Numbered from the stretch's first letter, positions 8,737 to 16,528 are shown. The stretch is DNA of 20,000 nt from a bacterium (GCA_041690355.1 JAWLHK010000026.1:49745-69744); one strand, 5' to 3'. Numbers and translations: made by a program. Notes: generated by a model from the sequence alone, not told the origin.

Positions 8737-8788
8737 CCGACGCCGGACGCCGGATACAGGACGCCGGACGTCAGACGTCGGACGCCGG
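8737..8788. repeat. CCGGACG-type heptamer array, right arm of an inverted pair
   Basis: About seven degenerate 7-mers; 8758-8788 is the inverted copy of 8132-8162. Confidence 0.85.
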
Positions 8789-8909
8789 TGAAGCGGGTAA
8801 GGACAAGACATAGGTACCGCAAGAACTTGGAGAAGCAAGAGCGGACGCTGCTCGCCGACGCTCGCGGGAGGGACCAGAAAGGAAGACAACAAGAGGTCTT
8901 TCCCGCCAA

Positions 8910-8953
8910 CCCAGGGCCCTGCCCTGGGCAAAAGGCCGTCGCCCCTTCAGGGC
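8910..8953. repeat. REP-like double palindrome (cccagggc-cct-gccctggg ... gccccttcagggc)
   Basis: 8-bp perfect stem plus a second short hairpin; resembles REP families seen near Y1/RAYT transposases (recognition from memory). Confidence 0.55.
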
Positions 8954-9047
8954 TCCGAGGTGGACGGAGGACCTTTCTCGCGGAGCTGGTACCGTCCGCG
9001 AAAAAACGAAGACCGGCAGGCAGGCGCGGTCCGCGTCCGTTCCGGCT

Positions 9048-9075
9048 CAGGAATCAAGAATCAGGAATCAGGAAT
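9048..9075 (-). repeat. Heptamer tandem repeat (CAGGAAT)x4, i.e. ATTCCTG on the minus strand
   Basis: CAGGAAT CAAGAAT CAGGAAT CAGGAAT. Confidence 0.9.
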
Positions 9076-9076
9076 C

Positions 9077-9106
9077 AAAAAGGGGGACCCGCGTTCACGG
9101 ATCCCC
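9077..9106 (-). terminator. Intrinsic terminator after the acyl-CoA dehydrogenase
   Basis: Minus strand gggggatccg-tgaacg-cgggtccccc followed by TTTTT. Confidence 0.8.
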
Positions 9107-9132
9107 CCTTCGTGGAATCAGGTTCCGATTGC

Positions 9133-10770
9133 TCAGGAGAGCGCGGCTTCGACCAGGCTCTTGGCGACGACGCGCAGGGCGAGCACTTCTTCGGCGCCCT
9201 CGAAGATCGAGAGCACGCGGGCGTCGACGAAGTAGCGGCTGACGTTGAACTCTTCGGCATAGCCCATGCCGCCGTGGATCTGCATGGCTTCGCGGGCGAC
9301 CCACTCGGCCTGCTTACAGGCGAACAGCTTGACCATGCTCGACTCCATCTGGCCGTTCCCCTCGTCGACCAGGCGCGCGGCCTGGTAGGTGAACTGACGG
9401 ATGACGTGAATCAGCATGGCCATGCGCGCGATCTTGTACTGCGTGAGCGGATAGTTGAACTCGGGCTGCCCGAAGATCTTGCGCTCCTGCGCATACGTGA
9501 AGCCCGCTTCGTAGGCCGCCTGCATGACCCCGAGCGCGCGCGCGGCGGTCTGGAGGCGGCCGCCGGCGAACCCGGCCATCTGCAGATAGAACCCCTTGCC
9601 GAGTCCCGCTTCGCCGCCCACGAGGTTCTTCTCGGGCACGAAGTAGTTGTCGAAGTTCACTTCGTAGGAGTGCATGCCGCGGTAGCCGAGCGTCGCGATG
9701 GCGCGGCCGCTGATCGATCCGCCTTCGGGCTGCTTGTACTCGAAGTCGTGCCCTTCGAAGACCGGCTTCTCGGCGAGCAGGATGCTGAGCCCCTTGTGCT
9801 TCGACTTCGGATCGGGATTCGTGCGGCAGAGCACGAGCAGCACGTTGGCGCGGCCGGCAAAGGTGCACCAGGTCTTCGTGCCGTTGATGATCCAGCCGCC
9901 GTCGGTCTTCGTCGCGGCGACCTTGAGGCCGGCCACGTCCGAGCCGAAGTCCGGCTCGGTCACGGCCACGCCGGCCATGACTTCGCCCGAGGCCAGCTTG
10001 GGGAGCCACTCCTGTTTCTGCTCTTCGGTTCCGCCCTTGAGCAAGGCCTTGGAGAGAATTTCGGGACGCGTGATCAGCGAACCGGCGGCGGCAAGCGAGC
10101 CGCGCGACAGCTCTTCGGTCACGACGACCATGCCGACGTTGTCGGTCTGGAAGCCGCCGTACTGCTCGGGAATGGCGATGCCGAACGTGCCCATCTCGGC
10201 CAAGCCCTGGATGATCTCTTCGGGAACCAGCAGGTCGTGACGGTGAATCTTCTCGGCCAGCGGCATGACCTTGTCGACGGCGAACTTGCGGAACGGGTCG
10301 CGGATCGCTTCCTGATCTTCGGTCAGCCCGAGGATCGCCGTCTTGCCCTCGGCCAGGTCCTTCGCGACCGTTTCGTACTGCTCGGGGGCGAGCCACTTGT
10401 CCGTATAGGCGCGCACAGCCGGCGCGTCGAGCGCGGCAGACAGCTGCTCGATCGTCACGCCGTAGGCCTGCGGACGCGCGGCGACGCGGGTGCGGATGTT
10501 CTGCACCGTTTCGGCGAGAAACATGTGCGCGAAGGTCTCCTCCAGTTCCCCCTGGCGGCCGGCGCGCTCGACGAACGCGAACGCTTCGGACGCGGCCTGC
10601 ACTTCGGCGACCATGTAGGCGTATTCGAAGGCGGCCAGCTGGTGGCGGTCGAGCTTGGCGACGGAAATCTGTCCATTGTCAGCGCTCGCCGAGGCCAGAA
10701 AGGCGCCGACGGCATCGCAGATTTTCTGGGCGGCATCCAGAGCGGGCTGGGCGTCTTGGGGAAGAGGCAT
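9133..10770 (-). CDS. Acyl-CoA dehydrogenase with N-terminal extension, (2S)-methylsuccinyl-CoA dehydrogenase (Mcd)-like
   Basis: TEPDFGSD, GTKTW, LGYRGM, QTAARALGV, QIHGGMGY, DARVLSIFEGAEE; ~140-aa N-terminal extension and 545-aa length as in Mcd. Confidence 0.9.
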   Translation of the reverse strand: MPLPQDAQPALDAAQKICDAVGAFLASASADNGQISVAKLDRHQLAAFEYAYMVAEVQAASEAFAFVERAGRQGELEETFAHMFLAETVQNIRTRVAARPQAYGVTIEQLSAALDAPAVRAYTDKWLAPEQYETVAKDLAEGKTAILGLTEDQEAIRDPFRKFAVDKVMPLAEKIHRHDLLVPEEIIQGLAEMGTFGIAIPEQYGGFQTDNVGMVVVTEELSRGSLAAAGSLITRPEILSKALLKGGTEEQKQEWLPKLASGEVMAGVAVTEPDFGSDVAGLKVAATKTDGGWIINGTKTWCTFAGRANVLLVLCRTNPDPKSKHKGLSILLAEKPVFEGHDFEYKQPEGGSISGRAIATLGYRGMHSYEVNFDNYFVPEKNLVGGEAGLGKGFYLQMAGFAGGRLQTAARALGVMQAAYEAGFTYAQERKIFGQPEFNYPLTQYKIARMAMLIHVIRQFTYQAARLVDEGNGQMESSMVKLFACKQAEWVAREAMQIHGGMGYAEEFNVSRYFVDARVLSIFEGAEEVLALRVVAKSLVEAALS

Positions 10771-10829
10771 GGGTTTCTTCCAGGTAAAGCAGGGTTAAGG
10801 AATTCGAATGCGCGGAAAAGTTCCGCGTG

Positions 10830-10872
10830 AAAAAAAGAGCCGCCCCGGCGGAAAAGGGTTCCGCGGGGCGGC
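10830..10872 (-). terminator. Intrinsic terminator after the CitE-like gene
   Basis: gccgccccg...cggggcggc stem followed by a T run on the minus strand. Confidence 0.75.
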
Positions 10873-10879
10873 CGTGGAA

Positions 10880-11878
10880 TCAGACCGGCTGCGCCAGCCA
10901 GCCCTTGACCTCTTCGGGAAGGGCCAGGCCAGAAACGTGGGCGCGCTGCACCAGCTCCCAGAAGTAGCGGTAGGTGGCGCGATCGTGCAGGTCGCCCTTG
11001 TACTGAATCGGGCCCCAATTGACCTTCTGGGCCTCGATGAGAATCTGGGCGCCGTCCTGCACTTCGGAGTAGTCGGGCTGCATGGCCGCGACGATCGAAT
11101 CGATCTGCAGGGGATAAATCGACCACATGCGCAGGAAGCCGAACTCGTTACGGGCGCGGCTGGCGTCCTGGTAGGTCTGGTAGACGTTCTTGAGGTCGAG
11201 CGTCACGTTGTGGGCCGGGATGACGCCGTTCGTGAGCGCGGCGGCGACCATCTCGCTCTTGGCGCGATGGAGCAGGGCGTGGTCGAACTGGCCCGGGCTC
11301 TTCATGGCCGAGGCGGGGATGGCGCCGTGGTGGCCCGAGATGAAGTCCATCAGACCGAAGTCGAGCACCTGCAGCCAGGGAAGCTTGGCGATGTCCCAGA
11401 CTTCGTGCAGCGCGCCGTGCGTTTCGATCAGCACGTGGATGGGAATCTCACGCTTGATGCCCGCCTTGGCGGCCGTCTTCTGGATGTAGTCGATGACTTC
11501 GGCGACCTGGGCGGCCTTCGTGGGCTTCGGGATCGTGATGTAGGCGAGCCGCTCGCCGGCGCCGGGAACGAGGATGTCGACGTCCTGCTTCCACAGGGCG
11601 TGTTCGGGATCGTGGATGCGCACGCCGGCCTGGTTGCGCTTGTTCAGGTCGCTGTTGACCATGCGCACGACCATCTCGGCATGCTCTTTCTCCTTGCCGG
11701 CCTGCGCGCCGTCTTCACAGTCGCAGGTGATGTCGAAGACGCCGCCCTTCTTGTCCTGCAGTTCGAGGGCTTTCGTGATCAGCTTCTCCGAGCCGGCGAA
11801 GTGCTCGCAGGCGGGGATGATCGGGAAGGGCTTTTCGCCTTCGAACAGGGCGTCGTTGGGATGAATCAGAGCGCTCAT
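10880..11878 (-). CDS. HpcH/HpaI aldolase/citrate lyase (CitE / malyl-CoA lyase-like) family protein
   Basis: DCEDGA, GVRIHD, ITIPK, VLIETHGAL, DFGLMDF, MWSIYPLQI; SD GGAGA before ATG 11878. Confidence 0.88.
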   Translation of the reverse strand: MSALIHPNDALFEGEKPFPIIPACEHFAGSEKLITKALELQDKKGGVFDITCDCEDGAQAGKEKEHAEMVVRMVNSDLNKRNQAGVRIHDPEHALWKQDVDILVPGAGERLAYITIPKPTKAAQVAEVIDYIQKTAAKAGIKREIPIHVLIETHGALHEVWDIAKLPWLQVLDFGLMDFISGHHGAIPASAMKSPGQFDHALLHRAKSEMVAAALTNGVIPAHNVTLDLKNVYQTYQDASRARNEFGFLRMWSIYPLQIDSIVAAMQPDYSEVQDGAQILIEAQKVNWGPIQYKGDLHDRATYRYFWELVQRAHVSGLALPEEVKGWLAQPV

Positions 11879-12104
11879 GGCAGAATCTCCGCGCGCAGGT
11901 CCGGGACCCGCGGTTCTGGTGGCAAGGTTACGTCGCAAAATCCGGGGCCATACCCGCTCGCGCGAGTCGGCCTTCGAAAACCGGGCAAAATGATTATTTT
12001 ATCCGGGTCTGACGGGGTGCGTCAAACGTTTCTCCTCGTACCCGCGCGGGGGTTGGGCACTCTCCGACCTCATCGCTCCGGCCGTCAAAAAGGACCGGGC
12101 ATTT

Positions 12105-12263
12105 CACGCGGAGCCGCGGAGACGCGGAGAGGAAATACTCAGCAGGAGCGCTTCTTTACATTCTGAAAGCGAGCCCTCACCCTATCCCGTAACCTCGTCC
12201 TGGCCGGATGATTTTCCTCAGAAAATGTCCTTGTTTCTCTCCGCGACTCCGCGGCTCCGCGTG
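12105..12263. repeat. REP/MITE-like element: 27-bp inverted arms built of CGCGGAG(A/C) octamers around a 105-bp spacer
   Basis: 12105-12131 cacgcggagccgcggagacgcggagag versus reverse complement of 12237-12263: one mismatch. Confidence 0.85.
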
Positions 12264-12293
12264 GGATAGGCACTCCCCCACCTACGCGAGGAC

Positions 12294-12327
12294 AAAAAAA
12301 GACGCCGGGGGGATGTTCCCGGCGTCT
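12294..12327 (-). terminator. Intrinsic terminator after htpX
   Basis: gacgccggg / cccggcgtc stem followed by 7 T on the minus strand. Confidence 0.85.
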
Positions 12328-12349
12328 GGAATTCAGGCGGATACGGCGC

Positions 12350-13246
12350 TCAGCCCATCGAGACCGGACCCATCTCGAGCCGGCGGATACGCTCCGCGAG
12401 CGGCGGGTGGGTCGAGAGCATCGCCATGAGGCGGCCCGGGTTCGAGATCTTGAGCGAGGCGACCGCGGCCTGCCGGTCGTCGACCACGGCGGGGCCGTTC
12501 GCCAGGGCGCGCAGGGCCGCGATCATCTTCTCGCGGCCGGCCAGGCGTGCGCCCCCTTCGTCGGCGCGGAACTCACGCCAGCGCGAGAAGAAGGCGATCA
12601 CGAACATGCCCAGGAAGCTGAAGGCGATCTGCAGCACGATGACGGCGATGAGGTGCACCATGAAGCGCGCCTCTTCGCGCACCTGCTGGCTGATGACCCA
12701 CGCGATGATGCGGGCGAAGAACATCACGAAGGCGTTGACCACCCCCTGGATGAGCGTCATGGTGACCATGTCGCCGTTGGCGATGTGGGCGACCTCATGT
12801 CCGAGCACGCCTTCGACCGCGTCGCGATCCATGCGGTGCAGCAGGCCGCTCGAGACGGCGACGAGCGAGCGGTTCTTTGTCGGCCCGGTGGCGAACGCGT
12901 TGACCTCGGGACTGTCGTAGACCCCCACCTGCGGCATCTTCTGCAGGCCGGCCCCCTGCGCGAGGCGGTAGACCGTCTGCAGCAGCGCCTGCGCCTGCGG
13001 ATCGCGGGTTTCGGGGTCGATGACCTTGACCCCCATCATCCACTTCGCCATGATGCGCGACAGCGCCAGCGAAATGAAGGCGCCGCCCATGCCCCAGACG
13101 AGGCAGAAGATCAGCAGGGCTTCGTAATTGATCCCCTGCGCCGTCAGATAGGGCTGCACGCCCAGCAGCGACAGCACGATGGAGATCGTCGTGAGGACGA
13201 GAACGTTGATGGCGACGAACAGTGCGATGCGTTTCAGCATGGCCAT
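12350..13246 (-). CDS. htpX: Membrane zinc metalloprotease HtpX (M48)
   Basis: NAFATG, GVLGHEVAHIANGDMVTMTLIQGVVN (HExxH), FSRWREFRADEGGA, STHPPL; start may be ATG 13240. Confidence 0.96.
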   Translation of the reverse strand: MAMLKRIALFVAINVLVLTTISIVLSLLGVQPYLTAQGINYEALLIFCLVWGMGGAFISLALSRIMAKWMMGVKVIDPETRDPQAQALLQTVYRLAQGAGLQKMPQVGVYDSPEVNAFATGPTKNRSLVAVSSGLLHRMDRDAVEGVLGHEVAHIANGDMVTMTLIQGVVNAFVMFFARIIAWVISQQVREEARFMVHLIAVIVLQIAFSFLGMFVIAFFSRWREFRADEGGARLAGREKMIAALRALANGPAVVDDRQAAVASLKISNPGRLMAMLSTHPPLAERIRRLEMGPVSMG

Positions 13247-13315
13247 GGTGTTATCGGGCTCCTTGACCCTGGATGGTACTTTCCTAAACGATACCAGACT
13301 GTGACCGCGCAGGTG

Positions 13316-13570
13316 TCAAGCTGCGCGCAGAAAACGGTTCCGTCGGCGGCGCAAGGCCCCGAGCAGCCGGCGCACGGCGCGCACGCCGCTGCCGCGAAGC
13401 GGTTCGAACGGGCGCGTCCGGTGACGGACTTCGCGGGCGGGATGAGACACCCTCTCCGAGCGCACGGGCGCTCCCCAGAGGGCGCCGCTGGCTACCGCAT
13501 GCCGGTCGACGTGCACCGGCCCGGCGAAGATGAACGCCGTATGAATCATCGGAATGTTCCGCATAACCAT
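13316..13570 (-). CDS. Orphan 84-aa Arg/His-rich small protein directly downstream of the riboswitch
   Basis: Very strong SD GAGGAGGAGG before ATG 13570/13564; no recognisable family; codon usage looks less host-like than core genes. Confidence 0.45.
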   Translation of the reverse strand: MVMRNIPMIHTAFIFAGPVHVDRHAVASGALWGAPVRSERVSHPAREVRHRTRPFEPLRGSGVRAVRRLLGALRRRRNRFLRAA

Positions 13571-13623
13571 TACCTCCTCCTCTTCCCCGCCGGACCTGAC
13601 GCCCAATCGAGGGAAACCTCCTG

Positions 13624-13682
13624 AAAAAAAACAAAAGACCGCTATCCGAGCCTTGTCCAAAGGACGGCCGGATAGAGGTCTT
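13624..13682 (-). terminator. Riboswitch expression-platform terminator
   Basis: aagacctctatccg...cggatagcggtctt stem then TTGTTTTTTTT; the 5' arm overlaps the aptamer P1 3' strand. Confidence 0.85.
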
Positions 13683-13764
13683 GCGACTTCGCGAGCCGGT
13701 CCGGGGTTTTCACCCGTCTTGACGAACCGGCCGACCGCTATTTGCGGCCCGCTACTCCCCTCTC
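13674..13764 (-). ncRNA. yybP-ykoY manganese riboswitch aptamer
   Basis: Minus strand AGAGG-GGAGUA-GC; P2 ggccgc/gcggtc; P3 gccggttcg/cggaccggc with L3 UCAAGAC and ggg/ccc; 3' GCAAGA-CCUCU. Confidence 0.92.
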
Positions 13765-13779
13765 AGGATCAACGGTTTC

Positions 13780-13809
13780 ACTATAGCAGCGCGTCCCGGG
13801 CCCGCGCAA
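13780..13809 (-). promoter_or_regulatory. Putative sigma70 promoter for the riboswitch transcript
   Basis: TTGCGC-N18-TATAGT with extended TGn, ~15 nt upstream of the aptamer. Confidence 0.6.
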
Positions 13810-13899
13810 GCAGTCGGCGCCACTTTCGGCAGAGCGCGAGGGCACCGGGCGCTGGTCCCTGGGCGCTGGGAGTCACTTGCGTCTTCGGCAGGTATCGAA

Positions 13900-14066
13900 T
13901 CCGATCGTATCGAGCCGACAGTGGGAGGCAGCGCCTGGAGCCTGGCGAGACAGGGCCGTGGGCATCCAGGCCCGCTCCCTCGCTGTCGCGTCGACTCCGT
14001 TCCCGCCGTCAGCTCGGGACGAACGGGATGAAATCGTCAATCGTCAATTGAAAATTGTCAATTGAA
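13900..14066 (+). repeat. Composite repeat copy 2: hairpin element (13900-14026) plus five AATCGTC-type heptamers (14032-14066)
   Basis: Colinear with 181-310; identical ccctcgctgtcgcg and gtcagctcgggacgaacgg blocks. Confidence 0.85.
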
Positions 14067-14083
14067 GGTGTCTCTGGTAGCCT
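14055..14083 (+). promoter_or_regulatory. Putative trp promoter TTGTCA-N17-TAGCCT (extended -10)
   Basis: Optimal spacing; the -10 ends 6 nt before the leader ATG. Confidence 0.6.
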
Positions 14084-14089
14084 GATGGC

Positions 14090-14143
14090 ATGTTCACGAC
14101 CTGCATCCCTTCGCGCCAGTGGTGGTGGCTGCCCAACCGGTAG
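14090..14143 (+). CDS. trpL: Tryptophan leader peptide MFTTCIPSRQWWWLPNR
   Basis: Three consecutive TGG codons in a 17-codon ORF upstream of trpE(G). Confidence 0.9.
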   Translation: MFTTCIPSRQWWWLPNR

Positions 14144-14213
14144 CCGCTCGCTGAACGACTGTATGCATCAACGGGCCGCGGCTACCTTCGGGTTCCCGCG
14201 GCCTGCGCGTTTT
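14139..14213 (+). promoter_or_regulatory. Ribosome-mediated trp attenuator (antiterminator/terminator)
   Basis: Antiterminator ggtagccgc (14139-14147) / gcggctacc (14178-14186) is mutually exclusive with terminator gggccgcgg..acc-ttcg-ggt..ccgcggcct (14173-14204), followed by gcgcgTTTT. Confidence 0.85.
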
Positions 14214-14301
14214 CGTCCCCCCCCCGCACGCAGCCCGGACCCGAAGGCGCCCGCCCCAGACGGGATCCCATGAAGAAACGATCCCTACGGAGACGAAGAC
14301 C

Positions 14302-16452
14302 ATGACCTCGACCCTGTCCCTGAAAACCCGCGGCGGCCTGGCGCTGGAGCGATCCACGCGCGCCCTGGCCTACCCCTTCGATCTCGCCGCCTTCGCCGAA
14401 CGCCTCGATACGCACCGCGGCGCCATCTTCGCCAGCGGCCACGAGGCCCCCGGCCGCTACGCCCGCTGGGACCTCGCCTTCATCGATCCGCCGCTGGAGC
14501 TGACGGCACGCGGCCTCGCGTTCACCCTGCGCGCCCTGAACGCGCGCGGACGGGTGATGCTCCCCGCCTTCGACCAGGCCCTGCGCGAGGCGCCCGAGGC
14601 GTTCACCCTCGAAGCAGACGCCGACGAGATCCGGGGCACGATGGCGCCGCCGCCGGAGCGCATCCGCGAAGAAGAGCGCCTGCGCCGGCCCACCGCGCTC
14701 ACCGTGGTGCGCGCCCTGCTGCGCTTTCTCGCCGCCGACGACCCGCACCTCGGCTTCTACGGCGCCTTCGGATACGAGCTCGCCTTTCGCTTCGAGCCGA
14801 TTCGCCCCCTGCGCGAGCGCGACGGACGCGAACGCGACGTGCACCTCTACCTCCCCGACGCGCTCGTCGTCGCCGACCACCACCGGCAGACCGTCCAGGA
14901 GTTCCGCTACGAATTCCACGTCGACGGCGGAACCACGGCCGACCTGCCCCGCGACGGCGAACCGATCCCCTACCGCCCCGGAACCGAATCGCCGCTGCGG
15001 TCTGACTTCACGCCGGCCGAATACGAGGCGGCCGTCGAGCGGGTGCGCGAAGGCTGCCGCAAGGGCGATTACTTCGAAGTCGTCCCCTCCCGCCGGTTTT
15101 CGGCCGGATACGCGGGAACGCCGCATGAGCTCTTTCTCGAGCTGCACCGCGCCAACCCCAGCCCCTACGAATTCCTCCTCCACCTCGGCGATCAGCACCT
15201 GGTGGGCGCCTCGCCCGAGATGTTCGTGAAGGTCGAAGGGCGCCGGGTCGAAACCTGCCCCATCTCGGGGACGGCGGCGCGCGGCCGCGACGCCATGGAA
15301 GACGCCGAGCGCATCCGCGAACTCCTCGATTCCGCCAAGGAAGAAGCCGAACTCACGATGTGCACCGACGTCGACCGCAACGACAAGGCGCGGGTCTGCA
15401 AGCCGGGCAGCATCGAAATCATCGGCCGGCGCATGGTCGAAACCTACTCCCGCCTCTTTCACACCGTCGACCACGTCATCGGTACCCTGCGCGACGACTG
15501 CGACGCCCTCGACGCCTTCGCCGCGCACCTGTGGGCCTGCACGCTGACCGGCGCGCCCAAGCCGGCGGCAATGCAGGAGATCGAAGCCATCGAACGCTCG
15601 CCGCGCGAATGGTACGGCGGCGCGGTCGGCGTCCTGCGCGCCGACGGCACCGTGAACACGGGCATCACGATCCGCACGCTGCAGCTGCGCGACGGCGAGG
15701 CCCACCTGCGCGTCGGCGCCACCCTGCTCTACCATTCGGAGCCTGAAGCCGAAGAGCGCGAGACGCGCATCAAGGCCTCGGCCTTTCTCGATGCGCTCCT
15801 GCAGCGCAAGGCCGAACCCGAGGGGCGCGGCTTCGAGATGACGGTCATGCCGGCGCCGCGCGTTCTCTTCGTCGACCACGAAGATTCCTTCGTGCACAAC
15901 CTGGCCTCCTACGTACGCGAAACGGGAGCGCAGGTCGTCACCTATCGCTCGGGTTTCGATCCGTCACTGCTCGACGAAGAGAAGCCCGACCTGGTCTTTC
16001 TCTCGCCCGGCCCGGGGAGCCCCGAGCAGCGCGGCGTGCCCGATCTCGTGCGCGCCTGCGCCGAACGCGGTCTTCCGGTTTTCGGCGTCTGTCTCGGTCT
16101 GCAAGGGATGGTACAGGCGTTCGGGGGAGAACTGGGCGTGCTCCCGGTGCCGCATCACGGCGTTCCGTCAGACATCGAGAACAATGGCGAGGGGATCTTC
16201 GAGGGCTTCCCCGCGGAGTTCCGCGCGGGACGCTATCATTCCCTCTACGCCGTGGAAGGGCGCCTGCCGGCGGACCTGGAGATCACGGCGCGCAGCGAAG
16301 ACGGCGTCATCATGGCCGTCCGCCACCGCACCCTGCCGATGGCCGCCGTGCAGTTCCACCCAGAATCGCTGCTCACCCTCGGCGACCAGCTGGGGCGGCG
16401 GCTGATTCGGAACGTCGTGGCGAGTGTCGCGAAGCTGCGCATGGGTTCCTGA
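14302..16452 (+). CDS. trpE(G): Anthranilate synthase, fused component I + glutamine amidotransferase component II
   Basis: NPSPY, GASPEMFV, CPISGT, KEEAELTMCTDVDRNDK, TGAPK; C-terminal DHEDSFVHNLA, LSPGPG, GVCLGLQ, GRYHSL, VQFHPES. Confidence 0.95.
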   Translation: MTSTLSLKTRGGLALERSTRALAYPFDLAAFAERLDTHRGAIFASGHEAPGRYARWDLAFIDPPLELTARGLAFTLRALNARGRVMLPAFDQALREAPEAFTLEADADEIRGTMAPPPERIREEERLRRPTALTVVRALLRFLAADDPHLGFYGAFGYELAFRFEPIRPLRERDGRERDVHLYLPDALVVADHHRQTVQEFRYEFHVDGGTTADLPRDGEPIPYRPGTESPLRSDFTPAEYEAAVERVREGCRKGDYFEVVPSRRFSAGYAGTPHELFLELHRANPSPYEFLLHLGDQHLVGASPEMFVKVEGRRVETCPISGTAARGRDAMEDAERIRELLDSAKEEAELTMCTDVDRNDKARVCKPGSIEIIGRRMVETYSRLFHTVDHVIGTLRDDCDALDAFAAHLWACTLTGAPKPAAMQEIEAIERSPREWYGGAVGVLRADGTVNTGITIRTLQLRDGEAHLRVGATLLYHSEPEAEERETRIKASAFLDALLQRKAEPEGRGFEMTVMPAPRVLFVDHEDSFVHNLASYVRETGAQVVTYRSGFDPSLLDEEKPDLVFLSPGPGSPEQRGVPDLVRACAERGLPVFGVCLGLQGMVQAFGGELGVLPVPHHGVPSDIENNGEGIFEGFPAEFRAGRYHSLYAVEGRLPADLEITARSEDGVIMAVRHRTLPMAAVQFHPESLLTLGDQLGRRLIRNVVASVAKLRMGS

Positions 16453-16528
16453 CTCCGCGCATTTGACAGCGAGGGGAACCGAGGGGTTTACTGAGGCACG
16501 GAGGTACCGTACGTTGCCCCCCGTTTCC

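Noticed and set aside
8790-8905. Purine-rich stretch reading [22 protein letters not shown]
   Set aside because: May be a gene remnant, but no SD, stop or recognisable family supports it.
8788-12166. Long antisense ORFs (8788-10830, 10808-12166; likewise 891-2021, 3663-5402, 12407-13624, 14182-15897)
   Set aside because: Shadow frames of well-supported genes, expected in high-GC DNA; no motifs.
13288-13319. TTGACA ... TATCGT internal promoter for htpX
   Set aside because: The spacer is 20 nt, so it is not called as a feature; the extended -10 (TGgTATCGT) alone could still be active.
16463-16492. TTGACA upstream of the acyltransferase
   Set aside because: No convincing -10 hexamer at 16-18 nt spacing.
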